Source: Phaeosaccion multiseriatum
Lineage: Eukaryota; Protista; Ochrophyta, other classes
Length of the DNA: 64,000 nucleotides
NCBI GenBank assembly: GCA_965112735.1
Contig: OZ218950.1
Span: forward strand, 1,860,001 to 1,924,000
Direction: 5' to 3'
Below are positions 12,201 through 24,585 of the stretch, piece after piece. How positions within the stretch are numbered: position 1 is the stretch's first letter; the number at the start of each line of letters is the position of its first letter. The notes beneath the pieces were generated by a model. The model was not told the origin of the DNA. It saw only the letters and a list, made by a program, of their open reading frames with translations, and made no database searches. Position numbers and translations under genes: made by a program.

Positions 12201-15200
12201 CTCCTGCTCCGCGGAGGAAAGAAGAACGAAACAAACAAGTAAATGAGCAACAACGAAAACAAAACAAAAAACGAGCGAGGACAAGAATGAACAAGAGATA
12301 GAAGGGAGGGACGGGTGCAAACAAAGAGAGGCGTGGGTGGGTGTGCATGGACGCCCCCTCCACCCATCCAACCACCACATCCACCACACACATCCCCGTG
12401 TCCTGACACTCACCCTCCTATCCTGACACCCACCCACTCTCTGTCTTGACACCCGCCTACTCATCCACCCATTCTGACATAACACCCACCCTCTGTCCTG
12501 ACACCGACCTGCCTCTCCAAGTTGGCGGCAAGCTCCTTGTGCATGTTCCCAGCGTTTCTCTTGCGATTGTCGAGGCGGTAACTCTCTTGCCGTGCCGTGT
12601 CGATGGCAGTGGACTTCCTGTGTAGCTCGGTCTGCAGCCGGTCCTTCTTGGTCAGCTGGGGGCGGGACGGAGGGATCGAGGGGGCGTCAGTGTGGGAGAG
12701 CGCATGAGCGCGAGAAAGCGAGTGATAAGTGACAGTAAGAGTGAGACAGAGATTGAGAGCGAGAGAGAGAGAGAGTAAGTGAGAGGGAGAGAAGCGTGAG
12801 AGAGAAAAGAGTGAGAGTGAGAGTGAGAGAGAGACAGAGAGAGTAGAAGAGTGAGAGAGAGAGTATAAGAGTGACAGATAGAGTATGAGTGACGGAGAGA
12901 GTAAAAGAGAAAGAGTAAGAGTGACAGAGAGAGTCAGAGTCAGAGTCAGAGTACTGCCCCTCATTCTTGTGCCGTGATCCTCACTCCTCACCAGCTCAAC
13001 ATGTGCCTTCCTAACGTCCCCAATGTCTCTGTTGCTCTCCGCCCCTGCACTGAAGGCGGTCAGCTTGTCCAAAGTGGCCTGCGCTTCCTTGCTCTCAATG
13101 GCCATACTACACAAGCGTCAAAGCGGAGGGAGAGAGAGAGAGAGAGGGACAGAGAGAGGGTGGCGACGAAACGGAGATAAGAGAGAGGGAGAGGAAGACA
13201 GAGGCACCAACTGGACTGCCATCCCCGCACCTGTTGGCATCCTTGAGCCAGCGCTCGACGTCCCCATGCCTGAGTTTGACTTGCTCGAGCGTCTCAGTGC
13301 CCCTCTTGAGTGCTGTCTCCTCAAAAGCGGTACTCTCGGCCTTCTCAGATACCTCCGCCTCCAGACCGGCAATCTAAGCGCACACGCAGTATACGGGCAT
13401 ATAAGGGTATACGGATTGGGTCGACCCGCATATCAAAACAGTATAAGAAGGGAGCAACGGTAGCAGCAGAAGTATTAGCAGCGGTAGCACAAGGAGTGGT
13501 AGCAGCATGGTAGCAGCAGCACGACAGGTGGGTAAAAACAACAACAATATAAAACGCAACCATCACCGTCTGCTCTTGTTTCCTTTTCACTTCCCCCCCC
13601 CCCCCCCTCTATCTGCCCTCACCTCCCTATCCAGCTCAGTCAGCCTGCTGCCGATGGACATCCACTTGTTCCACTCCTCCGCCCGACCTTCCAGGGCCTC
13701 CACGTCCTCCTTGGCCTGCGCGGGAGGAGTGGGGGACATTGCCAGCCAGGCGAAGGATAAAGGGTAAGCGTGGACAGAGAGGTGAGGCGAGGCGAAGCGA
13801 AGCGAAGGACAAACACGGGTGCATTGCTTGGCGCGACTTAAGAGACTGGAGAGAAATCACATGAGCGAAAGTCAAGCCATCACCGGCAGCAGCAATAGTT
13901 GGTGATACACCAACAGCAAGGACTGCACAGAGGAGCCTATGCTGGAGACTCTCTCTCTCTCGCCAACGAAGCTGCTCAGGCCGCCGCTCAGGCCGCTGCT
14001 CTCATGCGCACTCCCCTAGCTCCATCACACATGTAAGTTCCTCCACATCCACAAACCCTCCGTCTCCATTTCGGTCTTGTCCATCACAACCCCCCCCCCC
14101 CCACACTGTAGATACTCCTCCTCCTCCCTTCTCACCCTCTACTCGCCAACTCGAGCTCTTCGAAGCACCAACGAATGAACGCACCTCATTGTAGAGTCTC
14201 TCATCCGTGCCAGCCATCTCGGCTTGCTGCGCCCAGGTCTGCATCGTTTGTTCAAACGCCTTCATGCTGTGCACATGCACCGCGATGGCAGCAGAGGGCA
14301 GTGGATGGCAGTAGATAGGCAGCACGTCGACATGCGGAGAACATGGAGAGAGAGAGAGAGAGAGAGACAGAGAGGCAAGCGAAGCAAGAACAAGGCAAAG
14401 GCGAGGGCGAAAGCGAAAGGCGTGAGGGAGGGACCGGAAACCGATGCTTTATCCGAGAACAAGGAAGGACTGAAACAAAAAAAACACCTTCCTCCACCGC
14501 GTGTGTGGGCAAGACAACACAACACAACACAAGTGATGAACAAAGCAAATGCTCAACTGCCCTGCCCTTCCCCTTCCCATCTCCTCCTCTCCTCTCCTCC
14601 ACGCCATACCTTACACCCACCACTGCACCACCCCCCATCCTCCACCCCCACCCAAAACTCATACCCTACCCTCATCCTTGGACCCTCCTACCGCCACCCT
14701 ATAAAACCCCTTGACCCTCTGACCCTCTACAGCTCTGAAGCTCTGAAGCTCTGAACTTACTCGTCCGTGCCCTTCTCGAGTCCTCGCCTGCAGGCCAGGC
14801 AGCAGCCCTCGTCATTGAACATCTCCTTGAAGAGCGTGACCACCATCTTGATGGATATGCCATTCTTCCACGCCTGCATGTGCCGCTCGGTTCTATCCTT
14901 GGCCAGCGCCATGAGGCTGCTCATAAAGTCCAGATGCTCCACCTGTGATTATATATAGAGGCGAGGAGAGTGGTGACGAGTTCAATACGTTGACGAGTTC
15001 GGTCGGTGGTGAGCGTGTATAACAACAGTCTCCGAAGCGCAGTAGCAGCAGCAGCCGCAGCGTCGTCCCTCACAATTATGAATGACGACATATTAAATCG
15101 ACACCGATATATCCTGTATCCCCCTGTCCTCGACGTACCCTCTATACGAGTACTCCTTGTGCATCACACATCACCTCCGTCCCTCCGTAGGGGGGCATTG

Positions 15201-18200
15201 GTTCTATTCTTCCTACCCCTCGGCATCATCCTCCATCTCCTACAACCCCATGCCCATCTTTCATCCCACATCAATACCCCATGTAGTGCTCACCTCTGTA
15301 GGGGCGTTGTCTACCGCCTCCTGTATGGCCTTGTCCTCCGTCTTGCTGAACGAAGCCCCCTCGCGTATCTGCTTCTTCATCTCCCTGCCTGTCACCTGCA
15401 GGGCCTCAATGGACCCTGTCAGCGCGTCTTGCTCCTGCTTCTTGTGAGCCCGTTCTCGCTTGGCCTGTTTACACACCGTGTCCTTTTCGGTCTGGGCGCG
15501 GATCAAGTCGCTGTGGGTGGGTTGGTGTGGAGGTGTGCGTTTGTGCGTGAGTGCGTGCGTGTCGAGAAAGGAAGAGGGGGGGGGGGGGGGAGGCACAAAA
15601 GCAAAGCAAATGAAAGCAAAGCGCCATACAGAGACGGAATGGAACGTTAGAGAGAGGAGGAGAGCATGTTGCGGTTGAGCCAGAGCGAAGATGGGAGGGA
15701 TGACAGTCAAAAGACAACCCTCGGCTCAGAAGGACGGAAGGGAGCAATGCCAAAGGCGGAAAGAAAGCTTCAATACATATAGAGAGGGTGAGAGATACAG
15801 ATGGCAGGGAGAGAGAGAGAGAGACTCTTTCTATCACCTCTCTCAAAAACAAGCCCCAACACGCACAAAAACACAAGCACACACAACAGGGCGATGGCAA
15901 TACACGGCCCTCCTTGGCGCGTAGAACAAACAAGTACCAGCCAGGTATGCACTGCCATCATCCACTGCCCCACGCACTCACGTGACCGCCTTGCTCCTCT
16001 CCTCCACGTCCCGCCCGCCGTCCTCCAGTTTGGCCGCCAGCACCGCCAACGTGTCTTTCAACGCGTCCACAGAGCCATCCGTAAGCCGCTCCTCCTCCGT
16101 CAGCAGCCCCCCCATTGTTCCTGACTCTTTGCAGTCCGCGTCGAGCCGCTGCCGCCTCTCCTTGAGCCTGTCCTGCCTCTGGAGCACCGCTTTGTTGTCC
16201 TCCTGCTCTCCACGGTCGGTCGGTCGGTCGGTCAGTCAGTCAGTCAGTCAGTCACGCGAGGGAAGGATGAGAGAGGGAGACAGACAGGGAGAGAGAGGGA
16301 GAACGGGAGAGGGAGGGAGAGAGAGGGAGAGAGGGGGGGGGGGGGAGGGAGGGAGACAGTCACGCGAGTGAGTTTGTTATGAGCCATGCGTGAGGGAGGT
16401 ACAGGCAAGAGGTCTTGGGAAACAGATGCGCAGATGGATGGGTGGGTGGACAGATGGGTGGATGGATGGATGGATAATATGGATGGATGGACGCGTTGGT
16501 AGAAGAATGATGTATCCTCGTTCAGGGCCAATCACCATCTAATTGAAAACTTAAACTCAAACGCAAACCCACCTCGTCGGCCTCGAGCTTGACGAGCAAG
16601 GCCTTTTCATTCTCAATGTCGTGGTCGGCCTCCGAGATTGCTTTATCGAGCTTTCGGCGGTCATTCTCGAGTTGTTCGACATTGTTTGCCGTGGTGTGCG
16701 CCTCGAGGGCAGCGTCTGCCTTGGCCTGCTGCCGAGCAGCCTCGTCCACCTGGGACTTTGTGACACTGCGGTATGTGGGTGTGGGTGGTGTGAGTGTGGG
16801 TGGGTGTGTGTGCGCGCGTGGGTGTGGGTGGGTGGGTGCATGTGTGTGTGCGTTCGTGTGTCTTTGTCTTTGTGTGTGTGTGTGTGTGTGTGTGGAGGGA
16901 GAAGGGAGGAGGGAGGGAAGGAAGGCCGCCCGAGACACTTCGATTCTGAGCCCAATGCCTACTAGCCTGCTGTTCCGAGTCTCGATTCCGAGCTTCTCTG
17001 CCTCCTTGTCGAGCTTGTCTGCCTCACCCTTCTTGGACCGCATCATCACGTCCGACGTCTCCATTTGAGTCTAAGGAGGGAGGAGAAGGAGGAGGGAGGA
17101 GGGGGAGGGGGGGGAGGAGGGGGGAGGAAGGTGCGCGACAAGGCAATGACAAAAGGGGAGAAGAAGATGAGGGAGAGATACGCCCAACACACCCCCGTCC
17201 ACAGCCCCACACCCTCCCTCCCTCCCTCCCTCCCTCCCTACCTCCCTCCCTCCCTTCCCCCCTCCCCCCCTCACCTGCAGCTTGGCAATAGCTGCCTGCC
17301 TCTCGTCTCCCTTCTGCCTGTGCTGCTGCCTCAGGGCCACCAATGCACTCTCCTTTTCGGTTACATGCTTGGCAAGGTCGCGTTCGAAGTCTGTGACCAC
17401 CTCGGTGCTATAGGCGCTCTGACCGGGGCCGGTGGGCTTGTGGGGGTTGTCAGGATGAGCGAGGACACGGGAGGGTGTAAGAGGGAGGAGGGGTGTGAGC
17501 CGTGGGTATGGGGGATGTTGAGAGGGTATGGAGGGGGTGGAGAGACGGAGAGGGCATGGCCACGGGAAGATGGGGGGGGGGGAGAAGGGGGGGGTGCAGG
17601 GTAGAGGGGTACGGGCACAAGAGACAAAATTGAGTATGCAAGGTGCTGTGGGAGAAGCGCGCATAAGTAATGTAATGTAAGTACTAGGCAGTCAAGAAAG
17701 ATCTGCCTGCGTAAGGGCGGGGCTGTCTTTGAAGGAGGAAGAGGAAGGAGAAGGCACACGAACGGCTCTGTCGCTCGATACCTGCTGCGACTGACGGTCC
17801 GTGGGTACGAAGATGCCAAAGCGATCCGATAGAAGCTGTGCAGAGGGGTGTGTGTGCGGTGTGTGTGCAGCGAAAGAGTAACGAGTACGCGGGAGGGATA
17901 GACAGCAAGAAAAGTTGGAGAGTATGTGGGCCAGAGGAGGGCGAGGCGAGAACAGTGTCAAGCAAGAGGCATCAGGCCGTCCACCACTGAACAGACAGGA
18001 CGGACAGTACAGCAGGGGTAGGGCAGGACAGGAGATGGCAGGGGATGGCAGGGGATGGGCAGGACAGGGGATGGCAGGGGATGGCAGGGGATGGGCAGGA
18101 CAGGACAGGACAGGACAAGAAGGGACGCCACACGCCAAGGGGGAGGAGAACAGGCCCCTGGAGGGCCCACTGCGCTCCCTCCACCTTACTTACCTGCAGC

Positions 18201-21200
18201 TGATTGTCGCGATCCGCCACCAACGCCGTCTGGGAGGGGAGGAAAGAAGGGAAGCCCGCACAGGCGAAATAGGGCAAAAGACGTGGTGTAACGTCAGTTT
18301 CAGCGTCCGCAGCCCCAGCTTCAGTTTCAGTTTCAGTCAGTGTATAGCACTACCTCTGGAGTCGATCGATCCGATCCACCCCTCTGTCCTGACACCCAAC
18401 CCACCCTCCAAGTCTCCCTGACACCCAGCCCTCTGTCCTGACACCACCCACCCACCCACCCACCTGGTCCTTGTACATCTGCTTGAGTGTACCTTGTTTG
18501 AGCGTGAGGTCCTGCTCCACCCCCTTGAGCTTTCTGAGCTTCTTTTGTGTCTTGTGCACATTCTGGCTGAGCTGCTCACGCTCCGCCTTGGGGTCGAGGA
18601 GGTTGGGTTGGGTTGGGTTGGTTGGGGTGGGTTGGGTTGGGTTGGGTTACATTGAGTTGGGTAGAGTTGAACACTTTCCACTCAGTAATAATCAAGTCAT
18701 TGCCCACTCACCCACGACCCCCCTCCCCTTCACTACCCATCCACTACCCACCCACTCACCCACCCATTGACTTACGTATCCACGCCCCCACCTACCTCCG
18801 ATTCCTTGAGCCTCTGTTGCTGTTCCTCCATGGCCTTCGTCACCTCCTCCTCCGACCGTTGCAGCCACGTCGCGCTCTCCTTGTTGGCACCCATGCGCTC
18901 CTTCTTCTCCTCCACCAACACCACCCTCTCCGAAAGCCTCATCTCCTTGTCCTGCTTCTCCTGCCGCAGCGCGGTGCACTACAGGAGGTGATTCGTAAGT
19001 TGGGGTGTTGGTTGGGCTGGGATTAAATGGCATCCGTACGGGTGGGTGGGTGGGTGGGTCGGTACAAGTTGCGGATGCACGTGTGCGGTATATCTCTTGT
19101 GTGTGCATGTGTGTGTGTGTGTGCAGGGAGGTAGGGCGCGAAAGACGTGGGTGCGCGATGAGAACAAGAGTTTGGGTGACGCAGCGAGGGGATTCAGGCA
19201 AAGGAAGCATCGCGGATGCGTTTGTACGTGCGTCATCGTGGCTCTCCCTCCCTCCTCCCTCCTCATTCACTGCCATCCATCCCCCCCTTCCCCCCCCCTC
19301 CTCCCATCCACTGCCATCCTCACCTCCCTGGACACGGCCTGCAGCTTGGTCAGGGCCTCGGTGTCCTTGGCAATATTGGCGTTGATGCTCTCGATCTCCT
19401 CCTTCACCTTCGTTAGCCTGTCGTCCGTCTGAAGGAGATCAGACAGAGATACATAAGAGAGCGACGCACGGAGAGACGTGAAGGACGGCGCACATACACA
19501 CACACACACAGACGCGCGAGTGCCTCAACCTCCTTCAGCTTCAACAGCACCAGAGCGCAGCCAATGCAACCAACGCAGACAAAGGCATCTCCCCAACTCT
19601 GCCCGACTCTGCCTGAGTCTGTCTGTCTGTCTGTCTCTCTGTCTGTCTCTCTGTCTGTCTGTCTCTGCTTGTCTGTCTCTGACTAAGTCTGGAGTTTGTC
19701 TGTCTGTCTCTGCTTGTCTGCCTGTCTTCCTTTCTTTTTCTGACTAGTTCTGACCTCCTGGAGTGTCTCCTCCAGGCGAATGGCCGCGGCCTTGTGAGCG
19801 TACAGCGCCGCCAGCTCGGCCTTGATGTCCTTCACCTGATAGGAGGGGGTGAGGAGGTGAGGGAGGAGAGAGGGAGGGAGGGAGGGAGGCATAGAGAGGG
19901 AGGGAGAAAGAGGGTGGAGGATGAGCTGTGTATGACGCGACGACCAGAGCAACCAAACGAACAAACAGCCCTGCCCAATGTCGCCCAACAATTACCCCAA
20001 CACTGCGAGTGCAAGTAAAAAAGCGCCCCCCCCCCCCTTGTCTGCTCCCCTCTCACCTTGGACGCATACTCTAGCTTCGTCTTTCTGATTTGATCCAGCG
20101 CCTTGGTGTAGCGTGTGGACTCGAAGATATCATCAAACTTTTGCTTCACCACCTTGCCCTCCTGCAAGGGCCACGAGGACTCCTCCTGTAGAGGCAGGGG
20201 GGGAGGGAGGGAGGGATAGGATATGAAAAAACAATTGTGAAGCGAAATTCTGATGGCAGAAGATGACGTTCTCGAGGATGGCAGCGGACAAGCCCAGGCA
20301 CTGCGGAACAGTCTTGTCGAGCTCCGAGCACTTGGCGCTGATGCTACTCTTCTTGTCACCGTCCAGGCTCCTGTGGGGAGGGCGAGGAGGGGAGGGGAGG
20401 GAAGGGGAGGGCAGAGTACATAGATGACAGCTATGCCAAGAACGCAAAAGTATATATATATTACACCCTTAAGTGCCATCTATGGTTGTCTAAAAGTAAT
20501 GTCAAAAGTAGACGAGATGGCAGCAGATGGAAGTGTATCACCAACGGTAACACCAACCTGATCACTCCGTCCAGGGCCTTGAACGACAGCTTGTTGTTCT
20601 TGTTGGATAGCTGGAAGCCCCTAACGACCACCATGCTCTTGCCGGTCTCTCTCGTGAAGCGTAGACGGATCAGAGCCTTGACATCGTGCTCCTCCTCGAT
20701 CTGCACGTGACCCGTCACGGCATGGTACGCGGGCAGCGCACGCATGCACACACATACGCACGCACAAGAACACGCACAGGCACACACGCACATGCACGCA
20801 CGCGCACAGAGAGAGAAGCGGTTGGAGTTGTTGTTGGAGGGTGTTCGGCGTCGGAGGAGGGACGCGTCCAACCAGCAGAAACAGCAACAGAGGAAGGCGG
20901 GGGGGCGACGAAGGGGAAGGCGGAGGGTGGGGGGGAGAGAGTGCCTTCATACGGGTGTACGTCACGCTGAGTCGCGTGTGTGAGAAGGTCAATCAGCAGA
21001 TAGACAGGGCGTCCCGCCAAACGCAGCGCGCCTCTCTCCTTCTTCTCACAGGCATCCTCCTACCTTGGGGTCGTGAATGAAGGTCTGCCCGTTTCTGGAG
21101 CTCGGCGGAAGCGAGCCAGTGCAAGCCATCTTGAGGCACTCAATGATGGTCGTCTTGCCGCAGCCGTTGGCCCCCACGATCATCGTCAGGGGGGAGTAGA

Positions 21201-21654
21201 ACTCAATCACCTGAATAGGGGGGGGGGGGGGGCAGGGAGAGAGGCAGGGAGGGAGAGAGTAAGCAAACCGAAGGGCCGAGAGGGCGCTTGAAGGCAGGAA
21301 GGGAGAGTAACATCGGCTCGGCTCGGCGAGGGGGAGAGAGAGCATGACGAGAGAGCATGACGAGAGAGCATGACGGGAGAGCACGCTTCTGCTCTCACTG
21401 GATGGTCCCAGCCACCGCCCCCTGACCCGCCGCGATAGCGGATAGCGTGCCGGCGCCCGATAGCGGATAGCGCGCCGGCTGGCGCCGGCGACAGCGGATA
21501 GCACGCCCCAACTGGCTGGCTGGCGCCGGCGATAGCGGGTAGCGGGCCGGCGATAGCGGATGGCAGTGTATCAGGGTTTGACACTACTGACCTCCTCGGC
21601 GGAAGGGGCGAAGCTGCGGATGCCCCGGACCCCGAGCTTCTCCAGGGACGCCAT
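9206..21654 (-). CDS. RAD50: DNA repair protein RAD50, more than 20 exons
   Basis: Exon 1 (21654-21592) reads [17 protein letters not shown]. Also present: Walker [48 protein letters not shown], zinc hook CLAC (~14800), signature [25 protein letters not shown], Walker [12 protein letters not shown], and H-loop [12 protein letters not shown]. Stop at 9206. Confidence 0.96.
21430..21562. repeat. Minisatellite (GCCGGCGATAGCGGATAGC-like units) in RAD50 intron 1
   Basis: About six degenerate copies are visible. Confidence 0.75.
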
Positions 21655-21737
21655 GGTGGGTCCCCCTCCTCCTCCTCGTCAAGCCCTTGCCAAAAGGAGC
21701 CGGGCAACAGCGCAGCCGACACACGAAAGCCCAAGCT

Positions 21738-21823
<86 letters not shown>

Positions 21824-22252
21824 TTCACACACACAGACACACTCTCCGTGTGTCTCCCTCTCTCTGTCAGACAAGCTCCCTCAAAGATCCAAGTTTGTTT
21901 TGAAGGAGAGACTGACCCCAAATAAAGGGCTCTGAAGTTTCAATTTCTGATTTCTCGCTCCTCGCTCGCCAGCTGTGCGGTCAGGTACTGCCCGCGTCAC
22001 AAGTGGCATCGGGTGCCGTCCGCCGTCCATCCAAAAAGTCGTTGCGGTTCTGGGATACCGTGGTAAGAGGCGTCTGCGGACGTCCCGAGTACGCCTTAGG
22101 GTATTCGGAGCGGCGCCCGTCCGAGGCACGTACATCAGACGGATCGTGCTTCTTTAGCCGACAACGCGGACCATTTATCCCCCCTTTTCTCCCGAGCCTT
22201 GTGCGTACTTTTCCCGACGAGAAAACAACTTGCGGAGTGGGGGAAGATCAAG

Positions 22253-23608
22253 ATGGATGGGATCAACGAAAAGATTGACAAGGTGGACAGGGAAGAAGAG
22301 GAGGTAAAGCGGACTCTGCGTGGTGAAGCTTGCTACCTCTCCTTGACGGCTTCCGAAGGGAGGGAGGAGCTGCTGATGCACCTCGGGGCCTTGAGGGAGG
22401 AGAAGAGAGATCTCAGGGAGGCGAAGAGATATCTGATTGAAAGGGAGGACAAGGTGCTGGACGAGGAGCGGAACCAGAAGGCTTTCGAGAGGGAGAAGAA
22501 GGTCCTCACTCTCCGCCTCAAGGTCCAAGAGTCAGCAGCCCCCCCAAGTGCCACGCACGATGCTGCATGCGTGGGCAACGAGGAGGAGAGATCACATAGA
22601 AGCGGTAGCAGCAGCAGCAGCAGCGATACCACGCTGCCTTGGGTAAGCTCTGCTGGAGGGGAGAGGGGAGAGAGCGTGAGTGCTGTGTCGCATGCTGCAC
22701 AATCTAAGGTGTGGGCCATAAAGGAGCTGCACGGAAAGGTAATGGAGCTCGTGGGACGCGGAGAGTACGCCTTCGTCGCGGCGGTGTGCAAGCAGTGGAG
22801 GAACTACTACATTGTTGCACGAGCCGCCAAGACCAGACTCAAGAGCATAGTGGCATCTATCGACCGCGTGTACTGGGCTCGGAGGCAAGGATACCAACTT
22901 TCGGTCCAGACGTTCCAGGCAGCTGCTCAGTATGGAGATGTGGACATGTGCAAGGCTCTCTTTCACATGGGCTGCCCTTGGGATGAGAGCGTGTGCGTGT
23001 CAGCAACGACCAACGAGCGGCACAGCCCAAGCGTCCTCAAGTGGCTACGCTCCACGGACTCCCATGACAAGGACAGGAGATGCCCGTGGGATGAAGAAGT
23101 CTGCACTGCTGCTGCGGGGAGGGGAGGCATCGAGCTGCTGGAGTGGCTTCTCTCAGATGACGCAAAGGCGCCATTTTCTTGCTCGGTGTGGCTTCAGGCT
23201 ATTGGAAGTGGACGCATCAATGTGCTGGAGTTCCTGATGAACAATGACAAGGTCAGGGCTGAGCGGGAGCGAACAGGGGAGATCAGCAGGTGGAAGACCG
23301 GAGCTCATACCGCTATTGCAACCGCTGAGCTGGGCACGCTGCGGTGGTTGCATGCTAATGCACGTGACCTCTGCCTTTGGAACAAGATGCTGTGCCAGTA
23401 TGCTGTGCTCTTTGGGAAGAGCCTGACCCTGCTGCAGTGGCTCCGCTCGGAAGAAGTGGGCTGTACGTGGGACAAGTATTCGTGTCCAGAGTGCATCAAG
23501 AGAGGGGAGGAGCGCAGTGGTAGACAATGGGACATCAAGCCCGACGTGTTTCAGGAGATCAAGCAGTGGGTCCATGCCAACGGACACCCCTGCAACTGTC
23601 CGGACTGA
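22253..23608 (+). CDS. Intronless ankyrin-like repeat protein (CPWD-type) with an N-terminal coiled coil and F-box-like segment, ~451 aa
   Basis: An F-box-like segment YAFVAAVCKQWR precedes repeats GCPWDESVC, RCPWDEEVCTAAAGRGGIELLEWL, LGTLRWLHAN and LLQWLRSEEVGCTWD, ending WVHANGHPC. This repeat type is familiar from algal and giant-virus ankyrin-like families. Confidence 0.8.
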   Translation: MDGINEKIDKVDREEEEVKRTLRGEACYLSLTASEGREELLMHLGALREEKRDLREAKRYLIEREDKVLDEERNQKAFEREKKVLTLRLKVQESAAPPSATHDAACVGNEEERSHRSGSSSSSSDTTLPWVSSAGGERGESVSAVSHAAQSKVWAIKELHGKVMELVGRGEYAFVAAVCKQWRNYYIVARAAKTRLKSIVASIDRVYWARRQGYQLSVQTFQAAAQYGDVDMCKALFHMGCPWDESVCVSATTNERHSPSVLKWLRSTDSHDKDRRCPWDEEVCTAAAGRGGIELLEWLLSDDAKAPFSCSVWLQAIGSGRINVLEFLMNNDKVRAERERTGEISRWKTGAHTAIATAELGTLRWLHANARDLCLWNKMLCQYAVLFGKSLTLLQWLRSEEVGCTWDKYSCPECIKRGEERSGRQWDIKPDVFQEIKQWVHANGHPCNCPD

Positions 23609-23964
23609 GGACGGAGACTGACTGCTGACGGGAGTAGGTGCTTTCATTTGGAGGGTCTTCTGCTGAATTTATTCGTACAGAGATTCGATGGAAGACAGGG
23701 GGGGGGGCTGGAGTGCCACGGTAGGGAAGGGAGACATATTTTGAATGATAGGAATCAACCTAAGAATAACATATGCGTGTGTTTGTGAGTGTGTGTGTGT
23801 GAGTGTGTGTGTCGAATCCCCTTCATACCGTCGAATACCGCGAGCGAGTTGGCGGGGGGGGGGGTTGGGGAATCGGTTGGCGCCATTTTTCTGGACTGGA
23901 TGGCACTGGATGGCTCGCTTCGCTTTGGCAAGGGCAGCCCTCGCCCAGTAATAAAAGTTCCGTC

Positions 23965-24551
23965 ATGGCGCAGGAGCAGGCGAGCTTTTGCGTTGCCTGT
24001 GAGAGGATCTTCCTCTCCTTCTCAAAGCTGCACGACCGTTGCCCGGAGTGCCTGGGGGCGAGGAAGGGAGGGAAGGCAGGGAAGAAGAGGAAGAAATTGA
24101 GCCTCTCGAGCAGCAGTAGCAGAAGCAATACGGGGGGGGCGCTTGCTTCTGATACTGCTGGAGAAGGGGTTGAGGAGGTGGGACGGAGTGCCAAGATGGA
24201 TGAGGCTGAACTCGATTTGGGCCCGACAGTCTCCATCTCCTCTCCTTCCCAAGCCATGGTCACCTCCGTATCGTCATCATTATCGTCGCCATCACAGAGC
24301 ATAGAAGGCTTTCTTAAGGGTCTGGGTTCGGATCAGCGTGCTCATACCAGCGAGGAGACGGTGGCCCATACGGAAGACGGAGAGAAATGCCCAGAGCAGC
24401 ATGAGAATGAGTTTGACCTGGACGGGGATACTGAGCAAGAGGGAGTTTCTGAGACGGAGGAAGAACGGGAGGAGAAGCAAGAAGAGGCTGAGGGAGAGCA
24501 GGAAGACGACGAAGTGTAGGAGCAGAAGAAGAAGAAGAAGCAGGAGGAGGA

Positions 24552-24585
<34 letters not shown>

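Noticed and set aside
14780-14815. RAD50 zinc hook CLAC instead of CPxC
   Set aside because: The CxxC is intact, and variation of the inner residues is common among eukaryotes.
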